From assembly GCF_021245805.1 (NCBI RefSeq), contig NZ_JAJJNF010000002.1, positions 80,962 through 144,961 of the forward strand: 64,000 nucleotides of DNA, written 5' to 3'. Below the pieces are notes generated by a model, which ran no database searches, was not told the DNA's origin, and worked only from the letters and a program-made list of their open reading frames with translations. Below, in pieces: positions 1-10,142 of the stretch. The position numbers and the translations under genes were made by a program. Positions within the stretch are counted from its first letter, which is position 1. Each line of letters opens with the position of its first letter. This DNA is from Mangrovimonas futianensis (lineage in GTDB: Bacteria > Bacteroidota > Bacteroidia > Flavobacteriales > Flavobacteriaceae).

Positions 1-2971
1 TAAATTGAGCCACTTTAGCCGCTATAGACTTCATATCCTTACCATATTTAGGCCCCAAAGCTTTAAAGTTTGGCTTGATATTCTTAACCAAAATATCAGA
101 AGCATCTTCCAGAAGGTCTATTTCTTTGATATTAACTTCTCTTTTAATCAAATCCCCAACTGCCAAGATTTCTTCTTTTTGTCGTTGGCTATCTATGGGA
201 ACCATAATCTTTTGCAATGGTTGACGTACCTTGATTTTCTCTTTGGCTCTTAAAGAAAGTACCAATGAAGAAATAGTTTGTGCAGCTTCCATTTTGCGTT
301 CCAATTCCTTGTCAACAAACACCTCATCAAACTGTGGAAACTCCGCTAAATGTAAACTTTCAAATGGTTCCTTTTGGGTCACACCATTCAAGTCTTGATA
401 TAGCCTATCCATAAAGAATGGAGCAACAGGAGCTCCCAACTTAGCCAAAGTCACCATACAAGTATAAAGTGTCTGGTAAGCAGAGATCTTATCTGTTTCA
501 TAATCTCCTTTCCAGAAACGCCTTCTACTTAACCTTACATACCAATTACTCAGGTATTCCTGAGTAAAATCTGAAATAGCTCTAGCCGCCTTGGTAGGCT
601 CATAATCGGCATAAAACGCATCCACCTTTTGAATTAAAGTATGCAATTCCGATAAAATCCATCGATCCAGTTCTGGGCGTTCTTCCAAAGGCAAATCCGC
701 CTCACTATAAGTAAAATTGTCTAAATTGGTATATAAAGAAAAGAACGAATAGGTGTTATAAAGGGTTCCAAAGAACTTACGTTTCACCTCTTCAATTCCT
801 TCTATATCAAATTTAAGATTGTCCCACGGGTTGGCATTACTAATCATATACCAACGGGTAGCATCTGCCCCGTAAGTGGAAAGTGTTTCAAAAGGATCAA
901 CGGCATTCCCCAAACGCTTGGACATTTTCTGTCCGTTTTTATCAAGAACCAGTCCGTTTGATACCACATTTTTATAAGCTACCGAATCAAACACCATAGT
1001 TCCAATAGCATGTAATGTATAGAACCAACCTCTGGTTTGATCAACTCCTTCGGCAATAAAATCGGCCGGATAAGAAGTATGACCATCTATTTTCTCTTTA
1101 TTCTCAAACGGATAATGCCACTGTGCATATGGCATGGAACCAGAATCAAACCAAACATCAATCAAGTCACTTTCTCTTTTCATCGGTTTCCCTGAAGGGG
1201 ACACCAAAGTAATCTGATCAACAATATTTTTATGTAAATCTAATTTGTCATAATTGTCATCAGTCATATTCCCCACTTCAAAGTCGGCAAAAATATCTTG
1301 ATCCAGAACTCCCGCTTCGATGGCTTTGGTCATTTCCGACTTTAATTCTTCAACCGAACCTATACACAACTCTTCTCTTCCATCTTCAGTTCTCCAGATA
1401 GGCAAAGGAATACCCCAGTAACGCGAACGCGACAGGTTCCAATCATTGGCATTGGCTAACCAATTTCCAAAACGCCCTGTTCCTGTAGCCTTAGGTTTCC
1501 AGTTAATGGTATTGTTTAAGGCTACCATACGTTCTTTCACATCAGTCACCTTGATAAACCAAGAATCTAATGGATAATACAAAATAGGTTTATCAGTTCT
1601 CCAACAATTCGGGTAACTGTGCTTATATTTTTCAACCTTAAAGGCTTTATTTTCAATTTTCAATTTGATGGCCAACTCAACATCAACAGATTTTTCTGGA
1701 GCCTCTCCATCTGCATAATACTCGTTCTTCACATATTGACCAGCAAATTCGCCCATTTCAGGACGGAATTTACCCTGTAAATCCACCAATGGAACTAAAT
1801 TGTCATTTTCATCCTTGACCAACATAGGAGGTACCTCTGGGGTCGCTTGTTTGGCAACTAAGGCATCATCTGCACCAAAAGTAGGCGCCGTATGCACAAT
1901 TCCAGTACCATCCTCGGTAGTTACGAAATCTCCAGAAATCACCCTAAACGCATTTTCTGGATTTTCAAAAGGTAGGGCATAGGCCAACAATTGCTCATAT
2001 TTGATTCCTACCAAATCACTCCCTTTAAATTCTTTAAGAATGCGGAAAGGGATCTTTTTATCTTCTTGGGTATAATTGGCAATATCTTCGGCCGATTCAG
2101 CCTCAAAAAACTTACCAGAGAACTGCTTGTTAACTAAAGGCTTCCCTAAAACCACCTTTATTGGCTCAAAAGTATATTGGTTAAAACTTTCGACCAATAC
2201 ATAATCTATTTTTGGCCCTACAGTTAAAGCTGTATTACTTGGTAACGTCCAAGGTGTTGTAGTCCATGCTAGGAAATGAATGTCCCCTTCTCCCTGAAGA
2301 AAATCAGGTAAGCTTTCTGGTTTAGCTTTAAATTGAGCCACTACTGTTGTATCAGTAACATCCTGATAGGTTCCTGGTTGGTTTAATTCGTGTGAACTTA
2401 GACCCGTTCCTGCCTTTGGCGAATAGGGTTGAATGGTATAGCCTTTATACAATAAGTTTTTGTCATAAATTTGCTTCAACAACCACCAAACACTTTCCAT
2501 ATACTTGGGCTCATAGGTGATGTATGGATCATCCATATCAACCCAATACCCCATTTTTTCTGTAAGGTCATTCCAAACATCAGTATAACGCATTACAGCT
2601 TTTCTACAGGCAGCATTATAATCCTCAACAGAAATGGTTTTACCGATATCCTCTTTAGTAATTCCCAGCTCCTTTTCAACACCCAACTCAATAGGCAAAC
2701 CATGTGTATCCCAACCAGCTTTACGCTTTACTTGGAATCCCTTCATGGTTTTGTATCGAGGGAATATATCTTTGATAGCTCGTGCCAAAACATGGTGAAC
2801 ACCAGGCAAGCCATTAGCTGACGGTGGACCCTCAAAAAACACAAATGGCTTAGCGTTTTCTCGTGTGGTGACACTCTTTTCGAATATGTTATTTTCTTTC
2901 CAATAATCAAGGATTTCACTAGCCACATTTGGCAAGTCAAGGCCTTTATATTCAGGGAATTTCTTACTCAT
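1..2971 (-). CDS. ileS: Isoleucine--tRNA ligase, N-terminal ~990 aa. Start codon at 2971; the 3' end runs off the window start.
   Basis: Minus-strand translation from 2971 begins MSKKFPEYKGLDLPNVASEILDYWKENNIF. It contains the class I aaRS HIGH-type motif (PPSANGLPGVHHVLARAIKD) and KMSKS (GQKMSKRLGNAVDP). One continuous frame to position 1. The small + ORF at 5-253 is antisense noise. Confidence 0.93.
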   Translation of the reverse strand, partial: MSKKFPEYKGLDLPNVASEILDYWKENNIFEKSVTTRENAKPFVFFEGPPSANGLPGVHHVLARAIKDIFPRYKTMKGFQVKRKAGWDTHGLPIELGVEKELGITKEDIGKTISVEDYNAACRKAVMRYTDVWNDLTEKMGYWVDMDDPYITYEPKYMESVWWLLKQIYDKNLLYKGYTIQPYSPKAGTGLSSHELNQPGTYQDVTDTTVVAQFKAKPESLPDFLQGEGDIHFLAWTTTPWTLPSNTALTVGPKIDYVLVESFNQYTFEPIKVVLGKPLVNKQFSGKFFEAESAEDIANYTQEDKKIPFRILKEFKGSDLVGIKYEQLLAYALPFENPENAFRVISGDFVTTEDGTGIVHTAPTFGADDALVAKQATPEVPPMLVKDENDNLVPLVDLQGKFRPEMGEFAGQYVKNEYYADGEAPEKSVDVELAIKLKIENKAFKVEKYKHSYPNCWRTDKPILYYPLDSWFIKVTDVKERMVALNNTINWKPKATGTGRFGNWLANANDWNLSRSRYWGIPLPIWRTEDGREELCIGSVEELKSEMTKAIEAGVLDQDIFADFEVGNMTDDNYDKLDLHKNIVDQITLVSPSGKPMKRESDLIDVWFDSGSMPYAQWHYPFENKEKIDGHTSYPADFIAEGVDQTRGWFYTLHAIGTMVFDSVAYKNVVSNGLVLDKNGQKMSKRLGNAVDPFETLSTYGADATRWYMISNANPWDNLKFDIEGIEEVKRKFFGTLYNTYSFFSLYTNLDNFTYSEADLPLEERPELDRWILSELHTLIQKVDAFYADYEPTKAARAISDFTQEYLSNWYVRLSRRRFWKGDYETDKISAYQTLYTCMVTLAKLGAPVAPFFMDRLYQDLNGVTQKEPFESLHLAEFPQFDEVFVDKELERKMEAAQTISSLVLSLRAKEKIKVRQPLQKIMVPIDSQRQKEEILAVGDLIKREVNIKEIDLLEDASDILVKNIKPNFKALGPKYGKDMKSIAAKVAQF

Positions 2972-3163
2972 TGTTACATGTATTCAAATCGACGTGCGAA
3001 ATTAATGATTTTTAGAGAAATAAGCTGATAAAATATGGGATTTTAGAATGACTGACGCTGATTAAATGGTTTCATTTGCTAACAAACCCAAAAACACCCC
3101 TCCATAGAAAGTTTAAATTTTGTTAATTCCCTATACGCATTGATTTAGAATGCTTAATATTAA

Positions 3164-6016
3164 GTGAATAATCATTCTTACATTTTGATAAGAGCCTTAA
3201 TCAACAAAACATTTGGGCTGCGAGACGGAGAAATTCGCATTTCGTTCCTAATGCAGCTTTATATCTTTTTAATAATTACCGTTTTATTAATCGTAAAACC
3301 CACTGTTAATGCTCTATTCTTGTCAAAATTGGGAGCCGAACACTTGCCTTTGGGATATATTTTAGTGGCCGTGATTGCTACTTGTATCACCTACTTTTAC
3401 AATCGTGCCGTTGTTAGATTTTCATTGAACAAGGTAATTACTACAACCCTAATTTTCTTTAGCTTAGGATTTATCTCCCTCTATTTAATCATGAACTCTG
3501 GAAACTTAGGGGAATACTATTTGTATATCTATTATGTAGGTGTTGCTCTATTTGCCGTGATTGCTACTTCTCAGTTTTGGATGTTAGCCAATTTGGTTTT
3601 TAATGCAAGAGAAGCAAAACGCCTTTTTGGTTTTATAGGAGCGGGAGCTATAGCCGGTGGTATTTTTGGTGGCTATCTTACAAGTATTATTGTTTCTCGA
3701 TATAGTAACGGAGATGCCATCTTATTGGCTTCCTTCTTTATTTTGTGCTGTATCCCAGTTATTCAACAAATCTGGCACTGGAGGGTTAAAAAACTAAATG
3801 AATTCACTAAAAAACAGCGAATACAAGTTGAAACTTCATCACATGAATCAGCATTTAAAATTGTTTTAAAATCAAAGCATTTATCATATTTAGCCCTTAT
3901 TACTGGACTGGGCGTGATTGTTGCCAAAATAGTAGATTTCCAGTTTAGTGATTTGGCCCACAAGTCTATCACAGACCCAGATAAACTCGCCTCATTTTTT
4001 GGGTTTTGGTTTTCTACCTTTAATGTCATAGCCTTAGGGACTCAATTGTTTTTAACCAATAAATTACTTAGTAGACTAGGCGTATCTTCATCCCTATTAA
4101 TCCTACCATTGGGCATCGCATTAGGAAGTTTGCTTCTCATTGCCATTCCAGAATTATGGGTTTTAATATTAATCAAAGGTATTGATGGTAGTTTTAAACA
4201 AAGTTTAAATAAAGCGGCAACGGAATTATCAATCATGCCGATACCCTTCCAGATTAAAAATCAAGCCAAATCCTTTATAGATGTGGCCGTTGATAGTATG
4301 GCAACAGGTTTTGCTGGTCTCATGCTTTTTATAATGGTTAGGAAATTAAAATTAGAGTCCTTCCATCTCACCTTATTGGTAGTGTTCTTCTCCCTCCTTT
4401 GGATTATTCTAATCTATAAACTCCGGGAGACTTATTTTAATTCCTTTAGACTCAATATCCAACGCAACTTGAACTATGATCATCATGAAGAAAAGAAGCA
4501 TAATAAAGCTTCTACATTGGCATATGCTAGAAAAGTTTTTATTTCAGCTACCCCAAAGGAAATAATTGATTTATTGGGAAGATTAAGCCCCTATAAAATT
4601 TCGGCACTCAGACCAGAAATTATTCAGTTGTTAAAACACCCTTCAAACAAAATTAAAAAAGCTGTAATTCGGCAATTACATCATTTTAAATCGGACGTAT
4701 CTAAAGAAAAGATTGAAGCACTATTAAAGGAGCCAGACCCAGAAGTAATTTATTATGCCCTTGAATATTTATTGGATTTCTCTTATAAAAGTAAAACAGC
4801 ATTTTTTGATAAATTTTTAAACCATCATGACCCAAGAATAGCGAGGGCAGCATTACTTTGTTTAGCCAAGGAAACATCACAAAACAAAAAATTGGCTAAA
4901 AAATATCATTTGGAATCACGAATTTCAGATTGGGTCCAAGAATTAAGTGCTCCCGATGGATTTTCTAATAAAGTGGAAGTTGCAGAACTATTGGAAACCA
5001 TAGCCTATTCTGGCATTCAAAAATATTACCCCTTCATCAATGTTCATTTATACAACAAAAGTAAGTATATCGTAAAACGCGCCATTAAAGCAGCTGCTAT
5101 TACATTGGAAAAAGATTACATTCCGTTATTAACCCCATTTTTAAAGGAAAAAGCTTTCAGAAATCAAGCCATAAAAGCTTTAAAAACTTATGGCCCCGAT
5201 ATTTCAACTCGCTTACTACATATAGATGATGAAATCAATTTAGATGATGAAATCAAGCGATTTATTCCAAAAATAATCGGGGCATTTGAAACACAAAACT
5301 CAGTGCAAATGCTATCAAGGTTACTTAAAAACGAGGATGTTTATATCAGACTTGAAGCTTCAAAAGCATTGGTAAAATTAAAATCAAAAAACGAGAATCT
5401 CATTTTCAACCGTAGATCTTTCAAAAAATCAATAATAAGGGAATGTGAGTTTGCCAAGGAAACTTTGGATATTTTAAGTTCCATAATTTACGTGTTGAAA
5501 TCACAAGCTATTCAGCACCAAGAAGATGACGACCAATTCGAAATAAAAATCGCTCAGGAAAGTTTAAAGGACCTTTTGGAAAAACAATTAGATCAAAGCT
5601 TTCTTTGCATTTTCAAACTATTGAGCATTCTCTACGAAGAGGCAGATATGAATGTGAGCTACTCGGGTATTCTGAGTGAAACAAAAGAAGCACGAATCAA
5701 CGCTTTGGAATTCTTGGACAATTTATTACAGAGTCAACTAAGCAATAGAATTTTGCCATTAGTGGAATATTATATTGTTGAAGAGCAAGAATTGAAGCAT
5801 GTCCCTTTAAAAATTAATATTGTTCCAGAAATGGCCTACCTCAAACTTTTACTCAAGAAAAGAGATAATCGTGTGAAGTTAGAAGTTTTACACTTAATAA
5901 AAGTTCTCAATTTATCCACTCTTTCATCGGAAGTTTCGGACATGCAAAAACACACCAATAGAGCCATAAGAATCTATGCAACCGAAACTATGAAACAGTT
6001 TGCCAATTCTGCTTAA
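3164..6016 (+). CDS. Polytopic membrane permease resembling the TLC/AAA nucleotide (ATP/ADP) transporter family, fused to a long C-terminal HEAT (PBS-lyase type) repeat domain
   Basis: 950-aa ORF. The first ~430 aa have about 11-12 hydrophobic helices with an LSKLGAEHLPLGYILVAVIA-type motif reminiscent of TLC carriers. The remaining ~500 aa are repeated ~30-aa units (KIKKAVIRQL; PDPEVIYYALEYLL; DPRIARAALLCLAK; YIVKRAIKAAAITL; FRNQAIKALKTYGP; VYIRLEASKALVKL) typical of HEAT/PBS-lyase repeats. Confidence 0.55.
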   Translation: MNNHSYILIRALINKTFGLRDGEIRISFLMQLYIFLIITVLLIVKPTVNALFLSKLGAEHLPLGYILVAVIATCITYFYNRAVVRFSLNKVITTTLIFFSLGFISLYLIMNSGNLGEYYLYIYYVGVALFAVIATSQFWMLANLVFNAREAKRLFGFIGAGAIAGGIFGGYLTSIIVSRYSNGDAILLASFFILCCIPVIQQIWHWRVKKLNEFTKKQRIQVETSSHESAFKIVLKSKHLSYLALITGLGVIVAKIVDFQFSDLAHKSITDPDKLASFFGFWFSTFNVIALGTQLFLTNKLLSRLGVSSSLLILPLGIALGSLLLIAIPELWVLILIKGIDGSFKQSLNKAATELSIMPIPFQIKNQAKSFIDVAVDSMATGFAGLMLFIMVRKLKLESFHLTLLVVFFSLLWIILIYKLRETYFNSFRLNIQRNLNYDHHEEKKHNKASTLAYARKVFISATPKEIIDLLGRLSPYKISALRPEIIQLLKHPSNKIKKAVIRQLHHFKSDVSKEKIEALLKEPDPEVIYYALEYLLDFSYKSKTAFFDKFLNHHDPRIARAALLCLAKETSQNKKLAKKYHLESRISDWVQELSAPDGFSNKVEVAELLETIAYSGIQKYYPFINVHLYNKSKYIVKRAIKAAAITLEKDYIPLLTPFLKEKAFRNQAIKALKTYGPDISTRLLHIDDEINLDDEIKRFIPKIIGAFETQNSVQMLSRLLKNEDVYIRLEASKALVKLKSKNENLIFNRRSFKKSIIRECEFAKETLDILSSIIYVLKSQAIQHQEDDDQFEIKIAQESLKDLLEKQLDQSFLCIFKLLSILYEEADMNVSYSGILSETKEARINALEFLDNLLQSQLSNRILPLVEYYIVEEQELKHVPLKINIVPEMAYLKLLLKKRDNRVKLEVLHLIKVLNLSTLSSEVSDMQKHTNRAIRIYATETMKQFANSA

Positions 6017-7329
6017 CCATCGCCTTGATCTTCATCATCCCTATATTCTATATCAAGTTCGGAGGGCATACTATCCAAATGATCTTTAGTAATCAAATCG
6101 TCAATTTTTCCAGCTAAATACATGTGAGCTCCTGCCGAATTTTTGTTGAGAACATTGGTCATTAAACAAACTATATACTTGGTACCATCATCGTGTTCGA
6201 CAATGATAACTGAATTCATATAATTGTAGACATTGCCAGCGTATTGCTTACAATTTGGATCCTTTTCCCTATCACATTTATAAAAACTTCCCGATTTAAA
6301 ATAAACAGCGGCGCTATCCAATTTAGGTGATCTCGCATACCTAATACGTCGGTCTGTCAAATAAAGTAAACGCTTAATCTCCAAACTTGATTGCGCGTCA
6401 ACTACTTTACCCTGTTCTAATTTGACTAAATATTTCATCAAGCCTTGTGGCGTCCCTATGCTTCCTCCCTTTCGGCCAACATATTTTTCTGCAGCTCTGG
6501 TAAACATACCTCCCAAGCGCCATTCATCTTCACTAATACCCAATTCTCTTAATGGTTCATTGACCACCATATTTGCCAAATTGGTTAATGAATCTCGAGG
6601 TGTTTCCTTAAAATAATTTTCAGCTTCTTCCTCAGTCAACGTAAAATAATATTCTTCAAAAGCAGCCATTAACATTGCTTCGCGGTACATTACACTAGCG
6701 GCGCCATTGTTACTTACAGATACCATATGGTCCAACCATTCATATAAAGAAAAGACATCACTTGCCTGTACTTTTCTCTTAACCAATTTATCTTTTTCTA
6801 TATCATAAACTGGTATGGTATGATGGTCACCAGTACCCCAATATCGAGACGACACATTCCTGTTTTTCAAATAACGAACCCTATCCTCCCAAGAATCTGG
6901 ACATAATTTCCCCAGTTGATAAAACACAGCATTTAAAACAGCTATCTTCCCTACACTACCGGGCTGATATCCCACATTCTCCTTATAAGCCGCATATTTC
7001 AAATTCTCAGGGTCAGACATATCCAGTACAGCTGCTGAATATTTCCCACTAGGAAATAGCTTATTGACCCGACTTTCAAAATCTTTATTCTCCACCAATA
7101 TCAAATCAACACTATCTTCCATTATGTTAGTTAGATTCAATTTAATATCTGCCAAATTTTTATAAGCCCCAGGCGGAATACGTTTATATGGAATGCTATC
7201 CTCTTTAAACTTTTGAATTTGGTATAATCGTTTAATACCAGTCGTTTCATACCCGTCAATAGGATAGAAAATAAAACTTAAGGAAATAAAGACGCCAAGA
7301 AAAACTAGAGGCAAAAGTGTTCTTTTCAT
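6013..7329 (-). CDS. Secreted serine hydrolase of the beta-lactamase/transpeptidase fold. SxxK present; class A-like SxN and KSG elements.
   Basis: ORF 6013-7341. The preferred start is MKRTLLPLVFLGVF (signal peptide) at 7329. Motifs: GSVGKI (S-x-x-K), SNNGAAS (SDN-like) and FKSGS (KTG-like). At 438 aa it is longer than a canonical class A enzyme. Its stop overlaps the convergent upstream gene as TTAA. Confidence 0.45.
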   Translation of the reverse strand: MKRTLLPLVFLGVFISLSFIFYPIDGYETTGIKRLYQIQKFKEDSIPYKRIPPGAYKNLADIKLNLTNIMEDSVDLILVENKDFESRVNKLFPSGKYSAAVLDMSDPENLKYAAYKENVGYQPGSVGKIAVLNAVFYQLGKLCPDSWEDRVRYLKNRNVSSRYWGTGDHHTIPVYDIEKDKLVKRKVQASDVFSLYEWLDHMVSVSNNGAASVMYREAMLMAAFEEYYFTLTEEEAENYFKETPRDSLTNLANMVVNEPLRELGISEDEWRLGGMFTRAAEKYVGRKGGSIGTPQGLMKYLVKLEQGKVVDAQSSLEIKRLLYLTDRRIRYARSPKLDSAAVYFKSGSFYKCDREKDPNCKQYAGNVYNYMNSVIIVEHDDGTKYIVCLMTNVLNKNSAGAHMYLAGKIDDLITKDHLDSMPSELDIEYRDDEDQGDG

Positions 7330-7391
7330 AATATAAAACAATATCTCCCTAAATATAAATGATTTAAGATGAATATTAAAGTTCTAAGGAA

Positions 7392-8753
7392 TTAAACCAA
7401 CCATCCAACCAAATCTTCTATTTTGGCAATCAATTGAATTTTAATCTTGGTATTTTTTAGAGATAGCTTGTTGAATTTTGAGATGAAAATAGTAGAAAAG
7501 CCCAACTTCTCTGCTTCAAATATACGTTGCTCCACTCTCTGAACGGGTCTAATTTCACCAGATAAGCCCACTTCCGCAGCAAAACAATAGTCTTGTGGTA
7601 TAGAGACATCTTCATTTGACGATAAAATTGATGCCACTACTGCCAAATCAATAGCAGGGTCATCTACCGTAATACCTCCAGTGATATTTAAGAACACATC
7701 TTTAGCACCCAACCTAAAGCCAGCACGTTTCTCTAATACCGCCAAAAGCATATTGAGACGCTTTGCGTTAAATCCAGTTGCAGAACGTTGTGGTGTCCCA
7801 TATACAGCGGTACTAACCAAGGCCTGCACCTCAATCATCAAAGGCCTCATTCCTTCCAAAGTTGCTGCAATAGCATGACCGCTCAACTCATCATCTTTTT
7901 CAGAAATAAGAATCTCACTTGGATTATTCACTTCCCTTAGGCCGGAACCCAACATTTCATAAATGCCCAATTCATTAGTTGAGCCAAATCGGTTTTTATG
8001 CGCCCTTAGGATTCTAAATACATGGTTTCTATCACCTTCAAATTGAAGAACCGTATCTACCATATGTTCCAGTATTTTCGGACCAGCAATTGTTCCATCC
8101 TTTGTAATGTGCCCAATCAATATAACCGGAGTTGCCGTTTCTTTGGCAAACTTGATCAATTCAGCTGTACATTCCTTAATCTGAGAAATACTACCCGCAG
8201 AAGATTCTATAAAATCACTATGTAAGGTTTGAATCGAATCAATGACCACAATATCTGGTTCCACAGTCTCTATTTGCCTAAAAATGTTTTGGGTGTTTGT
8301 TTCTGTAAGTACCAAACAGGTTGTGTTTTGAGGATTGATTCGTTCGGCACGCATTTTTATTTGCTTTTGACTCTCTTCCCCAGAAACATAAAGGGTTTTA
8401 AAAGGAAGTTTTAAGGCAATTTGTAATAGAAGTGTACTCTTTCCAATTCCAGGCTCCCCTCCAAGTAAGGTTAAAGACCCAGGAACCAAACCACCCCCAA
8501 GAACCCGGTTGAACTCCTGGTTTAAAGTGTTCCACCTTGATTCTTCTGTTGAATCAATTTCTGCAATTTTTAACGGCTTTGAAACGCGTTTTGCGGGTGA
8601 AGATGTAGAAGATTTCCAATCGCTTTTTTCAGATTTTTGAACGACTTCTTCTACAATGGTGTTCCATTGTTTACAAGTAGTGCATTGCCCTTGCCATTTA
8701 GAAAACTGACTTCCACAATTTTGACAAAAAAAGGTTGTTTTGACTTTAGCCAC
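7392..8753 (-). CDS. radA: DNA repair protein RadA/Sms
   Basis: N-terminal zinc ribbon (CQNCGSQFSKWQGQCTTCKQWNT), Walker A (GGEPGIGKST), KNRFG motif, and a C-terminal Lon-protease-like domain. Confidence 0.93.
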   Translation of the reverse strand: MAKVKTTFFCQNCGSQFSKWQGQCTTCKQWNTIVEEVVQKSEKSDWKSSTSSPAKRVSKPLKIAEIDSTEESRWNTLNQEFNRVLGGGLVPGSLTLLGGEPGIGKSTLLLQIALKLPFKTLYVSGEESQKQIKMRAERINPQNTTCLVLTETNTQNIFRQIETVEPDIVVIDSIQTLHSDFIESSAGSISQIKECTAELIKFAKETATPVILIGHITKDGTIAGPKILEHMVDTVLQFEGDRNHVFRILRAHKNRFGSTNELGIYEMLGSGLREVNNPSEILISEKDDELSGHAIAATLEGMRPLMIEVQALVSTAVYGTPQRSATGFNAKRLNMLLAVLEKRAGFRLGAKDVFLNITGGITVDDPAIDLAVVASILSSNEDVSIPQDYCFAAEVGLSGEIRPVQRVEQRIFEAEKLGFSTIFISKFNKLSLKNTKIKIQLIAKIEDLVGWLV

Positions 8754-8816
8754 AAAATAAAATTTGGACTAAAAATAAGCGATATTTATGGATTATTGTG
8801 GAGTAACTTGAGAATT

Positions 8817-10061
8817 TTAATCTTCAGTGCTACCTTCGACAGCTACCCCTTCAGTTGGCTCTTCTGTCAAGATTTCAGCGCCCTCTCCTTCCAAGTCTGG
8901 ATCTTCAATATCCCGTTCTTCTAGAGTGGCTTTAATCTCCTGTAATTTTAATGAAACATCTTCATAAGTGATACTGGTTGTCGCATCTAGCAGCAAAGCT
9001 TCTTCATAAAATTTAACTGCTTTTTTAGGTTTCCCAATTTTCTCTGCATGCTGCGCCAGATAATAATCACCTAACATGGATTCTGGATATTCCTTATTGG
9101 CCAATTTTCCTAATTTTTCCAAGGATTCCAAGTCTTCACGTTCTTCAGCCACAGCTACTACTTTTTGAAACTCTTCCTCAGCAATAGGTTTAACGATTCC
9201 AAAACGGTCTTCAATCTTTTTGTATCGATCCACTAAATAATTATCTAAAGTACCTTCATAAGGAAGCACTTTTTCCTTTAACTCCTTTTCTTGCAACGGC
9301 TTATACAATTCAAATATTTTATCAAAAGCCCTAGAAATAGCTCCCGTTACTAAGGTATAATGGGATTCGTCTTTAAATTCATCAAAATAATAGGTGACAT
9401 TGGTATTTTCTATTTGTTTGATCTTTCCATTTGTTTCCATGATAGTCTCATGCAACATGCGCTTATCATCTGTACTCGTAGCCATATAATAGAAAAATTC
9501 ACTTCTTGCATTAGATAATCTATGAACGATATTGTCTCCCATAGACCCTTTCAAATCTGGACTTAAATTCACATAGGCATGGAACAAGGGCTTGTCTTTT
9601 AACATAAAGGAGTTGATGAAGTTCCCCATAATGTTGTGACCAACCGCCACTCTAAAATCACTTGTTTTGTATTTAGAGTCCAAATACGGAATCAATTCCT
9701 GACCAACAAATTCATAAAAACGAGCCCCAGACTCAAATGGCAATCCAGTTACTTCATCAAAAAAACTATCATATACTCTTTCATTTCCTTGAACTACACC
9801 CACAACAATGGAACCTGGCATTTCATCAAAGTAAGATTGAAACTTGGTTTGCCCCACTACTGGCTCAAATAGGTAATCTGCGTCAAACACAAAAACCAAA
9901 GGATATTTCAAATTCGAGCTTGGGTCATAATTCTTTGGCAAATGAATTTTAAGTGTTCTTTTAGAATTCAGCTTAGAAGACTCAAAAACTTTGGTAGATG
10001 TTTGGGCGAAAGTAACACCAATAATGGTTAAAGCTAGTGTTAGGAGTAAAGCTTTTTTCAT
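8817..10061 (-). CDS. Secreted esterase-fold (PF00756-like putative esterase) protein with a C-terminal TPR-like helical module and an acidic tail. The nucleophile Ser is missing.
   Basis: Signal peptide MKKALLLTLALTIIGVTFAQ. The YPLVFVFDADYLFE block resembles the YPVLYLLDG block of Fes/IroE/antigen85-type esterases. The nucleophile elbow reads VAVGHNIMGNF (no Ser in place of GHSxGG). The tail is EDPDLEGEGAEILTEEPTEGVAVEGSTED. Confidence 0.5.
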   Translation of the reverse strand: MKKALLLTLALTIIGVTFAQTSTKVFESSKLNSKRTLKIHLPKNYDPSSNLKYPLVFVFDADYLFEPVVGQTKFQSYFDEMPGSIVVGVVQGNERVYDSFFDEVTGLPFESGARFYEFVGQELIPYLDSKYKTSDFRVAVGHNIMGNFINSFMLKDKPLFHAYVNLSPDLKGSMGDNIVHRLSNARSEFFYYMATSTDDKRMLHETIMETNGKIKQIENTNVTYYFDEFKDESHYTLVTGAISRAFDKIFELYKPLQEKELKEKVLPYEGTLDNYLVDRYKKIEDRFGIVKPIAEEEFQKVVAVAEEREDLESLEKLGKLANKEYPESMLGDYYLAQHAEKIGKPKKAVKFYEEALLLDATTSITYEDVSLKLQEIKATLEERDIEDPDLEGEGAEILTEEPTEGVAVEGSTED

Positions 10062-10142
10062 GATAAGTAGAGTTAGATTGCGACGTAAACATACTACTTA
10101 TTAGTTAAAATGCTAAATTTTTTCGATGAAATACAATATCGA

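Noticed and set aside
5-253. 82-aa + strand ORF at the window start
   Set aside because: Lies entirely inside, and antisense to, the well-supported ileS reading frame. No start context and no motif.
3763-4236. Minus-strand ORFs 3763-4029 and 4042-4236
   Set aside because: Antisense within the 950-aa transporter-HEAT gene; typical spurious AT-rich frames.
6013-7341. Calling the 442-aa serine hydrolase a bona fide class A beta-lactamase
   Set aside because: SxxK/SxN/K(S/T)G-like elements are present, but the protein is about 150 aa longer than class A enzymes and no omega-loop Glu could be placed. Kept as a generic beta-lactamase-fold serine hydrolase.
8637-8924. 95-aa + ORF spanning the radA start and the esterase-fold gene end
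   Set aside because: Overlaps two well-supported minus-strand genes and an intergenic spacer. No signal.
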